64,000 bases of DNA from Octopus vulgaris. Its lineage: Eukaryota. The position numbers were made by a program, and so were the translations under genes. The stretch spans positions 58,032,001-58,096,000 of the forward strand of contig OX597821.1 of the NCBI GenBank assembly GCA_951406725.2, in the 5' to 3' direction. How positions within the stretch are numbered: the stretch's first letter is position 1; every line of letters starts with the position of its first letter. Positions 38,423 to 53,020 of this stretch are shown one piece after another. The notes below the pieces were generated by a model. That model did not search any database. It worked only from the letters and a program-made list of their open reading frames with translations, and had not been told where the DNA came from.

Positions 38423-40275
38423 TATCATTCTCACACTACCATGTGTGAATAATATTCTTAAAGTCAACATTTACTCACTCGCTACCACTTCTAGGCTTTG
38501 TCACTAACTCAGTTTTTAATTAAATTAGATGATGTTTACATTTTTAGATTGGTCGCATCCTAAGCTACATTTTCAGCTACAAAATTTCAAAAATTGCTTC
38601 AGTAGAAAAAAGCTTCAGTAAAATATGTGAGTTCAAAACATTTTTTAAAGAAATCTATATTTTATTTTAGCTTATATGACAGATCTCGGCGAGATCCATG
38701 TTACTTATATGCAAAAATATTCAGTAGAATATCCATGTTACTTACATGGATCCATGTTATATGCAAATAGAATATCCGTGTTACTTATATCTATCCATGT
38801 TACTTATATGCAAAAATATTCAGTAGAAAAAAGTATTGAGGTAAAAACCGGCAAGAAAAAAGACGATTAACGCCTGAAATCGAATTTGACTCCAAATATT
38901 ATTCTTATTTCGAAAGAAAACTATATTTAAATTCAACTTTTTTTATATATCTCCACTAGAAATCCGATGATGACAATTATATAAAAAAAATTTTTTATAA
39001 AAAACTACTGGGGCCAACTGTGCCGAAAAAAGTGGTAACGCCTAATATCAAATTCAAAAACCTAAAATTGTTTTTTTACCTCAAATGATAGAAATCATCA
39101 AAACAAGTGTTCTGGTGCTAATCTTTTCAAAAAGTATCATTCACACACTACCGTGTGTGAATAATATTCTTAAGGTCAACATTTACTCACTTGCGACCAC
39201 TTCTATGCTATGTCACTAACTCGGTTTTTTAACCAAATCAGATGATATCTATATTTTTACATTGATCACATAAGCTATATTTGGAGTTTAAAAAATTGAA
39301 AATTGGTTCAGTATTAAAAAAGTTTGAGTCAGATGTATGAGGTCACAAACGTGAGAAATCGACTTTGAGTCTTTTTTTTTTTTTTAATAAATCTATATTT
39401 TTATTTTAACTTATATGATATATCTCAACGACAGAATTCTATCCGTGTTAGCTATATGCAAAAATATTGTGTACAAAAAAGTACTATGTTAAAAAGAGGT
39501 GAAAAACGGAGATTAATGTCTGAAATCAACTTTGAGTCCAAATATTATTCTTTCAAAAGAAAACTACATTGTTTTTATGTAAAAACAAAATGTGTTTTTC
39601 TTGAGCTCATAGAACACATCAAGACGAATGTCGTGGTGCTAATCTTTTCAAAAAATATTCAAAATGAAAAAAGCTATTATATAAGCTAAATGTGCCAAAA
39701 ATATATAAAACAATTTTCATGTAATATTATTACTTATTACAATACTGAGACGACGAGCTGACAGAGTCGTTAACACGCAGATGAAAGCTTCGCAGAATTT
39801 CGTCTGTCTCTACATTCTGAGTTCAAATTCCACTAAGGTCGTCTTTGCCTTTCATCTTTTCAGTATTCGATAAAATGGCTATCAGCTAAGCACTGAGGTC
39901 GATGTAATCAACTTCCCTCCCCTCCAGATTTGATGGCCTTCTGCCAAAATTGGAGACCAATATTGCAAAATGTTTGATTCAGTTCAGTATTTAGGTATCT
40001 TGCAAAGATCTGCCTCATATTCACAGAATACTCTATATTGTAATAAATATCATTCAAACACTACCGTCTTGGAATAATACTCTTAAGGTCAACATTTAAT
40101 CATTCGCAACTACTTCTAGGCATTATCATTAATTCAGTTTTTAACCAAATTTGATTATGTTTATACATTTTTAGATAGGTCACTTCTTAAGATACATTTT
40201 GAACTAAAAAGTTTGAAATTTGGTTCAGTGGGAAAAAAGTTGAGATTTTATATATGTGAGGTCAAAATCGACTTC
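38423..40275 (+). repeat. Three diverged direct copies of an AT-rich unit (starts 38423, 39135, 40048)
   Basis: Each begins tatcattc(t/a)(c/a)acactacc.t.t..gaataata.tcttaa.gtcaacattta. A family B SINE (39750-39960) lies between copies 2 and 3. Confidence 0.85.
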
Positions 40276-41080
40276 AGGGATATACACGCAATGCTGCATA
40301 CATACTTTTGTAAATACAAATACACATTACGACGACGAAAGTTATTAGAACTTCTGAAATTTTAATAAGTTATTTGTTTGCTTTTAAACATTAATTTAAT
40401 ATTAAGAGTAGCAGAATTCAGAATATTATTTCTTAGGGTAAATTGACAAGGTTTTTGCTTCTAGTATGATTGGATTTTCAGAGCTGTACGCTTCACATTT
40501 TTTGTTTCCAGGCAGGTTGACAAGAATAGTAGCTGAATAGAAGGCTTTATTTTTCCTTTTGCATGAAATTCGACAAACAAGCTAACTTTGCCCTAACAAG
40601 GTCAGGTGGCTCCTCTTGCCTTATGGTGAATGCATTGACTATTTTTGCATTTTAAAAAATTTTATATTAGCAATGGTTTTACTATGATCAGATTATCTTC
40701 TTACTATATCGTTGATATATTCTCATAATTTTTCTTGCTAGCTCTTCTTACTATATATAGATATAACTCATTTATTTTTTGATTTTATGATAAAATTAGT
40801 ATTACATTAATATTCACTATCATATAGAAAATTAATTTTCATAATGAATTCTCGCACTTTCTTTTATCGCGCCTTCGTATTATGAACTTTGTTTCAATAT
40901 AAAAATTTTATATACATTGAAGATCTAATTCTTTTTACAATTATAATTACATTTCACATTATCCTAAAAATTTATTAATTTTAAAGGAAATAAATATACA
41001 GGCAGGTTTCATTTAATTCAAATATTTTAAACAAAAGAATATTTATTATTTTTATTGCATTGCCTGGAAAAAAAAGTGGA

Positions 41081-42394
41081 TTACAATGAAAAATTTGGAT
41101 ATATGCATGTTGATATTCTTTAATTGTTATACCTGGAAAAGTACAGAACAAGATTTCTACAGTAAGATTTGCCTAATTCGTCACCTTTAAAGTACACTAA
41201 AAATTACTTAAAATTTAAATTCTACTATACTTAAACTATTGCAGCGGAGAATAAATCAAAATACATTATATTAGATAAATTTGAGATAATTTATTTTATT
41301 TATTATGTGAATGTAAAAACAAGTAAATCTTTCAAAACGTGTTACAAAAATAATCAAAAATAAATTTAAACAAAAAAGTTTTTAAATCATGTCTTTTCAA
41401 ATATACAATTAAAATAGTCATTTTGTTCAGTTGTATCACATACAAACAATAAAATATGAAATCGTAAATAATATTGCACAAGATTTTTTTTCATTTCATT
41501 TGAAATCCCATTGCAAAAAAAAAACATTGCAGTAGAATAGTCATTAAATGGCTTAAAATCAACCGCATGTTCAGTCAATTCTTCCACATTAATTTTCTTT
41601 TTTAATCTGACAAATCATAAGTAAAATTTATTAGTTAACATTAATACAGTTATTATTTATTTATGCGCCCCTTTTCAAGCCTAGCCAGGCTCGTGGGCCC
41701 GGTTTCCCGGTTTCTATGACGCCAGTCCATCGCAGCGTTACTCAAGAAGCAGGAAGAAAGAGTGAGAGAAAGAGTACAACAGGGGTCGTGGAGTTTTAGG
41801 TGTTTTCTCCCAATAAATACACACAACGCCCGGTCTGGGAATCGAAACCGCGATCCTCCGACCGCGAGTCCGCTTCCCTAACCACTGAGCCATTGTGCCT
41901 CCACATTAATGCAGTAGAATTAGTTTAATTCGTCTTTAGCTAATTCGTTATTTCACCTTATTCGTCACTTTCAATTTTCTCCTAAGGATGGCTAATTAGG
42001 CGAATTCTACTGCATTATTTTAAAATTTATTTTATTTTTAAAATACTGCTTTTTCCAAATAATAATTTTTTTCTGAAAATGATAAAAATTGCTGATCTAT
42101 ACATGAAAACTTTCTGAATATAAGCCCATAGGCTTAAAATCAGATGGGCTTATTTTTGGAAAAACTCAGAAATGTTTTTATAAATTTTGTTTTACTAAAA
42201 TATAGTAAAGTTTGAAATGTTATTCTCGACTGCAATATTTTAAGTACAGTAGAATTTTAATTTTAAGTACTTTTTCGTTTCCTTTAGAGGTGACGAATTA
42301 GACAGATTTTATTACAGAAATCTTGTTCTGTACTTTTCCAGGTGTAGTAACTTAAGAATATTAACATGCATGCACCCGCATTTTTCATTGTAAT
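41081..42394. mobile_element. Long-TIR DNA element/foldback (~175-bp imperfect TIRs)
   Basis: 41081-41255 (ttacaatgaaaaat..cctggaaaagtacagaacaagatttct..ctaattcgtcacc..) is the reverse complement of 42220-42394. Confidence 0.8.
41663..41905 (-). mobile_element. SINE family C head with an alternative tail
   Basis: cccggtctgggaatcgaaaccgcgatcctccgaccgcgagtccgc..ccctaaccactg..cctccac. Confidence 0.85.
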
Positions 42395-44554
42395 GTATAT
42401 AAGTATGTATGTATGTATGTATGTATGTATGTATGTATGTATGTATGTATGTATGTATGTATGTATGTATGTATACATGCACACACACTTACAAACACAG
42501 GCACGTGAATAGAACGAACTGCTTCACAGTTTCTGTCTACCAAACTTCACTCACAAAATATTGGTCGACTTCAAAAGATTTTAGTAGAAAACACTTTCCT
42601 AAGGTGCGACGTAGTCGGATTGAGGTAAACTGTTTAACCATACAGCTGTGTCAGCAATGTGGCATAGATGGATAACACTTAATTTAATGCGGCATTGAAA
42701 GATAAAAGGTTCCAGCGCAATGTATAAGATCTTTGTGTCAAGAACATGTAAATATTTCTTAAGTAGGACAATGTTGAATTTTGACAACTCAGCTTTAATA
42801 CGATAGGAATGTCCTGCTGTTATGCCGTTACTAAACTGATCGATATCTTCCGATTAATTGATAGTAGACAAATGTATGAATTACTCCAGTAATTCACCAT
42901 TCATGGACTACAGTTTTAGACTATGACCACAGATACAAAAAGGAAAAGAAATATATAACGACTAATAATATAAATGGATGGCTTCTTTTTTATCGCTCAA
43001 CAGTTTGATCATCCTAGTTATATTTCGTCTTATGAAATATCCATATTTAGGAATAGCCTGTTGTTCAGGATTGATCGATCTATTAGAAATTGCAGCTAAA
43101 TCGCCTTCATATCAACTCCCGGTGACACATTGGATAATTGAATCCAAAGAAAACTACGGCGAGAAACAAACGTGTGTAGGCCAGGGACGGAATTTTCTTA
43201 ACTGTAAGTCTCTTCTGTCGCTCGACTTTGACTAAACAGCAACTAAATGTTGTTCGCTTTGGGTTTCTTGATAAGTATGGGTTCAAAAAATTTGCTTGCA
43301 TATTCCATAAATTGTTGCTCATCACGTGAGATTGGGCCCAAGTGGGCCTTTCCGGATTCTTGCGCTGAGGATTAAATCGACCGGTTTCTTTGCTATTTAA
43401 CAAATTGTCTAAAATCTCACTTCTCCATTTCAAATTGACAGTGTTAAAAACTACCGGCTGCTTGTTAAAATGTAAATCAAATTCGTGACTGGTTCAGCTC
43501 ATTTGCATTATGTTACAAAAATGACAAAATATATGTAGATATGTGTGAATATATTTATTTATTCATAAGTCACGCTGTATTTGTATTTTAGCATTCACCA
43601 TACTGTTAGATTTAGTTGAAATGTTTGATACCTCACATCCATAATGTCTTCATATTCTGTTTTCACCATAAGTTCTAATAGCAATAACTCGGAATTAAGA
43701 AAGTATATATGAAAAGAAATAACACCTATTCAGATTTCAAAAACAATAATCAAAATTTGTAGAGCAAGAATGTTGCTATAAAAAAAATAAAACACTACGA
43801 TAAAAATACCTTTTGTGTAAATTCAAATGAAATTAAAATATATGAAAAAAGAACAACGAATTAATCTGTAAACAATATATTTTCGAAGTATGTGCCTCAA
43901 AATGATTTTTCAGATATCCACCATTTCACCGAGGGTAGGTAACAGTTTTTGATACTAGTATCTCGGTCTGGAATAGCTTGTTATCGTGGGTAGCACCATT
44001 AATTGATTAAACGAATATTATGAAATACAATGGAGTTTACAATGGAAGTTAATACAAAGCTATTTGATGAATTTGTAATTACAAAACTCATATTTACTTT
44101 GGAAACAAAAACATTAAAGACTAGAAACAGATTGTATTCTTAGGTTTGAAAACACCAAGAAAAAATACGAAACAATGGTTTTTACTTGTTTTCTAGTACC
44201 AAGAGACACATTTGATTTCTTTGATTACAGCAATTCAATCTATCCTGAGCAAATTCATCAGTGTTTTATTTAATCAGACCAATGTGTGTTCTATTGAAGA
44301 AAACAATCGATTAAAGCAGACGGCAATAATTTGATAAAGCGGTTTCAAACCCGTAAGTTGCAAAACAAAACAACAGATATGTAATTGTAATAGTAGACAG
44401 TCTAGTTTATCATGAACCATTAGGTTTGTTTAAGCTATTGTAGAATAAATTCAAACCAAAATAATATACATCAAAGTCTGAGGAATAATATTAGAGCAAT
44501 ATGAAATATCTCAGGAAGTTCGCTACCCGTCTAATGGGTAAACAAAATTGTAGG

Positions 44555-44834
44555 ATGTGTGTAGCTTAGTGGTTAGCATATTTCGCTCAAGATAGTGAGG
44601 CTATGAGTCCGATAACCGGCGGCTTATTGTGTCCTTGGGTAAAACACTTTATTCCACGTTGCTCCAGTTCACTCAGTTGGCAAAAAAGAATTGCGCCCTG
44701 TAAATTAAAGGGCCTGTTAAAGGAACGCGTGTCTGTTTGTGGAGTGCTCGGTCACTTATACGTTAATTTCACGAGCAGGTTGTTCCGTTGGTCGGATCAA
44801 CTGGAAGCCTCGTCGTCGTAATCGACGGAGTGCC

Positions 44835-44836
<2 letters not shown>
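44555..44836 (+). mobile_element. SINE family D (diverged)
   Basis: tagcttagtggttag..tgtgtccttgggtaaaacactttattccacgttgctccag..cgacggagtgcc. Confidence 0.8.
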
Positions 44837-44916
<80 letters not shown>

Positions 44917-45454
44917 TGTGTCTGTGTGTGTTTGCCGATCATAAGGCCGAATGCGAGAAGGCCGAATGTAAGAACGCTGAGTTTAAACGAGCTAAATAAT
45001 CTGAATGCCAAAAACTTGTGAAGACCGAATACTCAGGACTCTGAATTTTATGAGAGCATAATGAGCAAAAAGATTTTTAAAAAAACATTTATTTACTGTT
45101 TTAAAAGTGTGTTTATTATGACATATTTACTTTTATTTTTCAACGTCAAACCAACAACAAAGACGAGTGAGACATGATATTTACTTAGAAAAATAAAATA
45201 ATAGAAGTGTGTTGCCGGGATACGATATCGACAGCATAAGTGAATACTAATGGTGTATTTATCGGATACCTCGTTTTTAACATTTTTTCATTGTTGAACA
45301 GGTTATTCCTTTTTCTTTTAATAAAAATTTAAACATCAAAAGATTAAAATTCGAATTTATTTATTGATGTTAAACAGCGAAAGAGTGCAGGGAAGTGAGA
45401 TAAACAAGTGTGCAAGCCAGTATTCTTCATGTTTACGTCTATATAGGTTTCATA

Positions 45455-45945
45455 TTTTGGCACATGACCAGTAATTTATGGAGAGGGGTAAGTCAATTAC
45501 GTCGATCCCAGTTATCAACTGGTGCTTATTTTATCGACCCTGAAAAGATGAAAAACATAATCGACGCCGGCGGAATTTGAACTCAGAATGTAAAGATGGA
45601 CAAAATGCCGTTAAGCATTTTGTCCGGTTTGCTAACGATTGTGCCAGCTCACTGCCTTTATTTATTTTTATATTGAAAGAGAAAGAAGGTATATTTATAC
45701 ACCGAGGAAAGAAATTCAAGACCGAAGTATTTGATAAACTATTTATAATTTCGTTTATGTCTTTCATATCATATCCTAACAATTCACTTCTATGAAGGCG
45801 GCGAAGACGTCGAGCTGGCAGAATCGTTAACACGTTGTACGAAATGCTTTGCGGTATTTCGCCCGTTTCTATGTTCTGAGTTCAAATTCTGCCGAAGGCG
45901 ACTTTGCCTTTCTTCCTTTCGGAGGTGAATGAATTAAATACCAGT
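45455..45945. mobile_element. Two divergent (head-to-head) SINE family B copies
   Basis: Minus copy 45455-45660; plus copy 45796-45945. Confidence 0.78.
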
Positions 45946-46210
45946 GAAACACAAATTTCAGGCCTTCTGCTTTTGTAGAAAGGATCACGAGGACGGCAAG
46001 TAGATAACATCTTTAACACGTCTGACAAAATACCGAGCGGTATTTCTTCTGACTGTTTAGGTCCTGAGTTCAAATACCCAACGGCTATCCAAACAGACCT
46101 GTGGTTTAAAAGGTTGCCACTGAGTGGTACAAAGGTGTCATCCGCGATGAGTAGGAAAACACCAACAAATAGTGGTTGCAGCGACGCACTGTTACAATGC
46201 ATGCTCCCAA

Positions 46211-46309
<99 letters not shown>

Positions 46310-46336
46310 CAACAACAATAACAATAATAATAATAA

Positions 46337-46380
<44 letters not shown>
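46211..46380. repeat. (TAC)n(TAA)n(CAA)n microsatellite
   Basis: Direct reading. Confidence 0.95.
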
Positions 46381-46381
<1 letters not shown>

Positions 46382-49300
46382 GGCATTCAGAGATAGGAGA
46401 GAATGTTATCGAAGAGTGAAAGCAATACTCAAGACAGAGCTGAATGCAAGAAACAGGATCGAAGCGATCAATGCATTAGCCATACCAGTCGTGAAGTTTC
46501 AATATCGTTAACTGGTCAATTACTGAAATATGTCAGCTCGACAGAAAAATACGAAAACTGTTGACAATGCATAGAATGCAGCACCCTAAGGCAGATATAG
46601 AACGACTTAAACTGGAGACAGAAACACCCTGAAGTAAGACCCTACATAGACAGTAACAAACTTGCCAACGTCAGAAGAAACATTATGGAAAAAATTACTG
46701 ACTGAAGTAGAGATTGACCAAATTAAACAAGCAGTAACAGATAAAAAGAACGAAGCTGCAGCTCAAAAAATGATAATACAGAGGAAATTATAGACCAGCC
46801 CAGGGCTGATAATAACGCAGTAAGGATTGAAAGAGTTAGTGTAATTGATAGGCAAAGTGAAATACTCCCTGAACCAATCATAAACACTAAGACAGATGAA
46901 AATCAAATAGATGAAGAAAGTCACACAAATATTGACCCAACAGAACTACATGATCTAAAAAATTAAATCATGATTGAATGGCTGAAAATTAAAGAAACCG
47001 GTATGGATGAACGCGATACTCTCCCTAAAATCCGCAATTCTAACAAAAACCTGAAAATAATTGGTAAAATCCGCCTTGCACTTAAGGATATAATTTCAGC
47101 TAATGATGTTGATATCACAGATCTCAACCATCTGTACTATGCATCCGCGAAAATCTCAACGATACTATGTGGTGAAAAAACGCCTTCTCAGCAAGAGCGT
47201 ATCCAACAACAAATTAAGCTACTTAGGTCTGACATTGAATGTTTGAAAAACCTTAAGGTTGACAAGACTACCAAACCTACAAAGACCCGAAAATTAAAGA
47301 AAAAATATAATATGAAAACTATACTTGATATTGATGCCACCGTAGAAACCATCAAGCAAAAGGTATCTGCTAAAGCTGCCCGCGTAGCGAGGTATGAAAA
47401 GCGTGTTGGATTCTTCAAGGACAACATGTTCAAAAATAACCCCAAAATTTTTTACAGGAAGATAGGGAAAACACCAGTTACTGTAAAGTCTGTACCATCA
47501 AAAGAAGAAGTGCAAGGATTTGGGAATAAAATTTGGGCAGAAGAAAAAACACACAACGAAAAGGCCCCTTGGATTGATAAAATATCTACAGACTTGACTC
47601 CTTAGAGGAGCAAAAGTGGGCGGTGTCAAGGTAGGAGATATAAGATCTGCTCTCTGGAGGTCAAACAAATGGAAGTCTCCAGGAAAGGATAAAATTCCTA
47701 ACTTCTGGTTGGATACCTTCCCAGAGAGCCATGAACTGCTAGCAGAACTTTACAACGATGTTTTACAACACCCTAGTAGGATGACTCCTTGGCTAGTTTG
47801 TGGTTTAATATTCCTGCTTCCAAAAAGTGAAGAAACAGATGAACCAAAAAACTATAGACTCATAACCTGCTTAACAACTATGTATAAAACGCTAACAGCT
47901 GTCCTGACTGAATATACCTATAGTTTTTTTGATAGACAGCAGCATATTCCCTAATGAACAGAAAGAATGTAAACGTGGATAGACTACAAAAAAGCTTTTG
48001 ATAGCCTACCACATAGCTGGATTAAGAAATGCCTGGAAAAGTATAAAATAGTTAGTATGAGATCATAGAGAACCACATTAACATCAAACGTTAACCTTGA
48101 TCAGCACAATATCATAAAAGAGTTAGACCCAGCGGAGAGCTACAAGTACCTAGGGGTAATTGAAGGGGACAGAATAAGTCATTCAGTGATGAAGGAGAGG
48201 ATCAGGAAAGAATGTTATCGCAGAGTAAGAGCAATACTCAAGACAGAGCTGAATGCGAGAAACAGGATCGAAGCGATCAATAGTTTAGCCATACCAGTCG
48301 TGAAATAAAATATACAATATCGTTAACTGGCCAATTACTGAAACATGTAATCTAGACAGAAAAATACGAAAACTGTTGACAATGCATAGAATGCAGCACC
48401 GAAAGGCAGATATAGAATGACTTTATCTGCCAAGAAAAGAGGGAGGCCGTGGACTTTTACAACAGGCAATAACAATGAAGATTCCTACAATTGGCCTAGA
48501 CACTTACCTGAAAAACTCTGAGAACTGGATGTTAAAACTGGTCTCAAAACATGAAAACAAGAAGGCATCATACTCAGTAACAAAACAGACAAAGGAATAT
48601 CTAAGTGAATTCCGAATACAACAAATTTCGGAATTAGACATACAAGAAACAAGCACAGAAAAAGCTAGGCGCATGAAAACCCGTGCCAAAACTGCGGCCT
48701 TAGATATTCTGAATAATAAATGGCAAGAAAAACCTCTCTATGGCAAATACCCAAAGAGAGTGAATAATGCAGATATAGACAAAGCCCTGACCCATCAATG
48801 GCTAATGGCCTCTGGCTTAAAATCTGAAACAGAAGGGTTTATCATAGCAGCTCAAGATCAATGCCTACCAACAAGAAACTATCAGGCCAACATATTAAAG
48901 AACGGCAATAGCCCAACATGTCGTGTATGTCAACAATAAAATGAAACCATTGATCATGTTGTCTCCAAGTACAGTCTTCTTGCGCCTACAGAGTATCTCA
49001 ACAGGCATGATAAAACTGCACAATATATTCACTGGGTAATTTGCAAAAGCCTGGACTTGCCCCACGATAAAAACTGGTGGGAACGCAAACCACCTCGAGT
49101 GGAACTTCACCATTCAAACTGACAGAAAGATAGATGCGAATAGGACAGACATCATATTGAAAGACTTCAGACAAAAAACATGCCTCCTCATTGATATGAC
49201 TGTCCCAATCGATAAAGACGTATGTGTCAAGACTTACCCAAAACTGAGCAAATATAAAGATCTTGAAATAGAAATCAGCAAAATGTGGAACCTGAAGACT

Positions 49301-49645
49301 AATACAATACCTGTTGTCATAGGTACCCTGGGAATGATAGCAAAAGGGGCTGATTGCTACCTAAATCAGATACCAGGAAACCCAAAATTGGCAGAAATTC
49401 AAAAGATAGTGCTCATGGGAACTGCTCATATCCTACGCAAAATACTTTCTATGTAATCTCAAGTTTTAAAACAAACATAATTTTCGTATGGTTTTTTTAG
49501 ACATTCACTAGTACAACACTAAGTAGAAAACCAAGTATATGGCACCCTATGCATAACATCAACATGAACTTCCAACTTGTCTCTTGAGGTCTCTGGGTGA
49601 GACTTGGAGCCAACAGGTACAAATGTAAAGCAAAAATCAAACAGA
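46381..49645 (+). mobile_element. Large decayed R4/Dong-like non-LTR retrotransposon (RT + CCHC zinc finger + RLE)
   Basis: NKWKSPGKDKIPNFW, LLPK...PKNYR.ITCLTTMYK, DYKKAFDSLPH.W, YKYLG, REGGRGL, LKSETEGFIIAAQDQ, CRVC...ETIDH, LIDMTVP..KYKDL. RT core partly deleted; flanked by (TAA)n. Confidence 0.93.
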
Positions 49646-50322
49646 ATAATAATAATAATTGTCATATACATACATACATACATACATACATACATACATA
49701 CATACATACATACATACATACATACATACATACATACATACAGAGGGTGGGAGAATGGAAAGTGAGAGTGAAAATCGAGGTTATATTACAGACAACTTTC
49801 AGAAAGGCTATAATAACAATTATCGCTATTGTAATTAAATATGAATACCACATTTCATTTGCCTCTGTTTTATTGACATAGCAGAATCAAAAACTAAAAG
49901 GTATAATGCTTACGAGATAAGCTCATAAAATGTTTTTAAGACCGCTTGTCTTATTTTTCTATAAAACAGTTATTCTGAATAGCCTAGCAATCAAAATAAA
50001 TATGTTTCTCAAACAGACTCAGTTTTAAAACTGTAAACAAATATTCTGAAAACCGTTTTTCTTCACAAATAATTAGTCTGACGTAGCATATAAATAGTAA
50101 ATATGTGACAATGTTTTTTTTTCGAATAAACTCCTTTAAAAAATGCAAATAAACACTTTTGAAGATCGATTTTAAAAGTAAGGAAGAAGTGTATTGAATG
50201 AAATGTTTTCCTCTTTGCCTCTCCTATTCTTTCTCCTACCGCTATCCATCTCTCTCGCTCTCTCACTGTCTCTCTCTCTCTCTCCTTGTCTATCTATCTA
50301 TCTATCTATCTAACTATCTATA

Positions 50323-50361
<39 letters not shown>

Positions 50362-50481
50362 TTATCTATCTATCTCCTGTGCCAATATCTTCTTTGTGTT
50401 CTTGAGTGATTGTTTCCTTTCGTATTAGGTATGAAGCAATGCTATATTTTTTAATCCCACCAACCTTTCCTCACTCTCTTT

Positions 50482-50516
<35 letters not shown>

Positions 50517-51074
50517 ACTCTCTTTCTCCCTATCTCTCTGTCTCTCTCCCTGCTCTCATTTTCCCTGACCTGTATACCTTACACTTTATAGTTTAAATTG
50601 TAAACAACAGCGCTCTTATATCAGATTTTATTATTTTCATTTTTTATTGAAAATGCGAAGTTGTTTATATTTTTAAGCCTTCGGGCTGATTTATTCCGGG
50701 GCGGTCAATCCATTAATGATAATCACCATTTTATGTCAAAGCACATCATCTTCTAATAATTTTCTAATTTTTATAAATTCACAGTTTTTTTTGTTTTTTT
50801 TGTTTTTATTATTTCGTTGATTAAGCTTCCATTATTTTTGCTAACGGTCATCCGATCGTTCTAACAGCTTCCTTCGATTTTCAAACTGTGAGCAACATTC
50901 ATCGAACCAGTATGAAGATCGGTAACAGGAAACTCGACTTAACAGTTTTTTTTTTTTACAAAAACTTTTGGTATTATCGACATATATGTGTATTTTTATA
51001 TTTTCATACCTGTGCACACTCGAACACACACACACACACTCGCGCGCGCGCGCGCGTGTGATCCATAAGATCGT

Positions 51075-51666
51075 TTGCGACCGTGTGGTTTCCGGTAGTT
51101 CAGTCCGATTGTGCAACACCTTCTACTATAGCTTCAGGCCGATTAATTCCTAGAGAATAAACTCGTTAGATGGAAAAACTCTGGAAGTTCGTCGTATATA
51201 TGTTGTGTGTGTGTGAGTTTGTGCTTGTCTACGACTCATCTCGCTCCGCTTGTTTACATTTCATTAGCGGTTCAGCAAAAGGGTCCGATAGAATATGTAC
51301 AAGGTTTTACAAAGTAAATATTGGAATTAATTTATTCGATTAAACTTTTCAAGGTTCTGCCTCAGCGCGGCTGTAGTCCAATAACTGGAACAAATCAAAC
51401 ATAACATACTATACTCTTTACTCTTTTTACTCTTTTACTTGTTTCAGTCATTTTACTGTGGCCATGCTGGAGCACCGCATTTAGTCGAGCAAATCGACCC
51501 CAGGACTTATTCTTTGTACGCTTATTCTATCGGTCTCTTTTGCTGAAACGCTAAGTTACGGAGATGTAAACACACCAGCATCGGTTGTCAAGTGAGGCTG
51601 GGGGAACAAACACAGACACACAAACATATACACACACAAACACACACACACAAACACACACACACA

Positions 51667-51730
<64 letters not shown>

Positions 51731-51895
51731 TACGACGAGCTTCTTTCAGTTGTCGTCAACCAAATCCAGTCACAAGGCTTTGGTCGGCCCGAGGCTATAG
51801 AAGAAGACACTTGCCCAAGGTGCCACGCAGTGAGACTGAACCCAGAACAATGTGATTGGTAAGCAAGCTACTTACTACACAGCCACTCCTGCGCC

Positions 51896-51896
<1 letters not shown>
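51075..51896. mobile_element. Tail-to-tail SINE family A pair (old + copy 51075-51400; young - copy 51415-51896)
   Basis: Family A motifs in opposite orientations. Confidence 0.82.
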
Positions 51897-51952
<56 letters not shown>

Positions 51953-52025
51953 GCATGCATAATTATGCATGCATATGTGTGTGTATGTACCTATGTATAT
52001 ATAAATATATAGGTATATACATAAT

Positions 52026-52246
52026 TATTTCTTTATTGCCCACAGGGGGCTAAACATAGAGGGGACAAACAGGAACAGACAAAGGGAATAAGTCGATTAC
52101 ATGGACTCCAGTGCATAACTGGTACTTATTTAATCGACCCCGAAAGGATGAAAGGCAAAGTCGACCCCGGCGGAATTTGAACTCAGAGCGTAACAGCAGA
52201 CGAAATACCACTAGACAGTTCGCCAGGCGTGCTAACGATTCTGCCA
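52026..52246 (-). mobile_element. SINE family B
   Basis: atttctttattgcccacagggggctaaac...aaaggcaaagtcgaccccggcggaatttgaactcag...gctaacgattctgcc. Confidence 0.88.
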
Positions 52247-52365
52247 GGTATATATATAATGCATGTATGTATGTTTATATATATATATATATATATATGT
52301 ACATAAATACACACACACATATACATACATAAACATAGACACATATTCATACATACATACATACA

Positions 52366-52397
<32 letters not shown>

Positions 52398-52805
52398 CAC
52401 ACATATATAAGATTTATTCCAGTTTGTCTTAAAGGAACAGATTTTTGTATATTAAAGCACCGAGTTCTTTTTCAATTATTAATTTACCAAACATTATACA
52501 AGATTATGTAATCTAAATTGCATAATTATTACCAGCAGAAACACTCCCTGGTTCTCTGCCAGTAATTATGGTACTTGCGAGTACTCAGGAGACCGTGTGA
52601 GCGCGCAAGCATGTGCACAAGCAATTATAATCTTTTGCTGAAGCTGCAGATCAAGAATTGGAGTGTCAAGGTAATTTAAAAAGCTGCTTTTCAATCACCA
52701 CAATACTAACTCTCCATAGTCTACAAAACTGGCCCGGATTCCACTGACTGTGAGAGAGAGAGAAAGAGGGAGAGAGAAACGGAGAGACAGAAAGAGAAAG
52801 AGGGG

Positions 52806-52884
<79 letters not shown>

Positions 52885-52901
52885 GGATGGATGGATGGAT
52901 G

Positions 52902-52951
<50 letters not shown>

Positions 52952-52952
52952 C

Positions 52953-53015
<63 letters not shown>

Positions 53016-53020
53016 CAGAC
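52806..53020. repeat. (GATA)n microsatellite
   Basis: Direct reading. Confidence 0.97.

Noticed and set aside
40500-40615. Acceptor-like ttttgtttccag and donor-like aag/gtcagg
   Set aside because: No recognisable coding product and no partner exons; such signals arise often by chance.
43107-43433. 108-aa minus ORF in non-repetitive sequence
   Set aside because: Non-ATG start, no recognisable motif and no convincing splice sites.
52552-52675. Possible exon ending caag/gtaatt
   Set aside because: Stops in all frames from the putative acceptor; no homology recognised.
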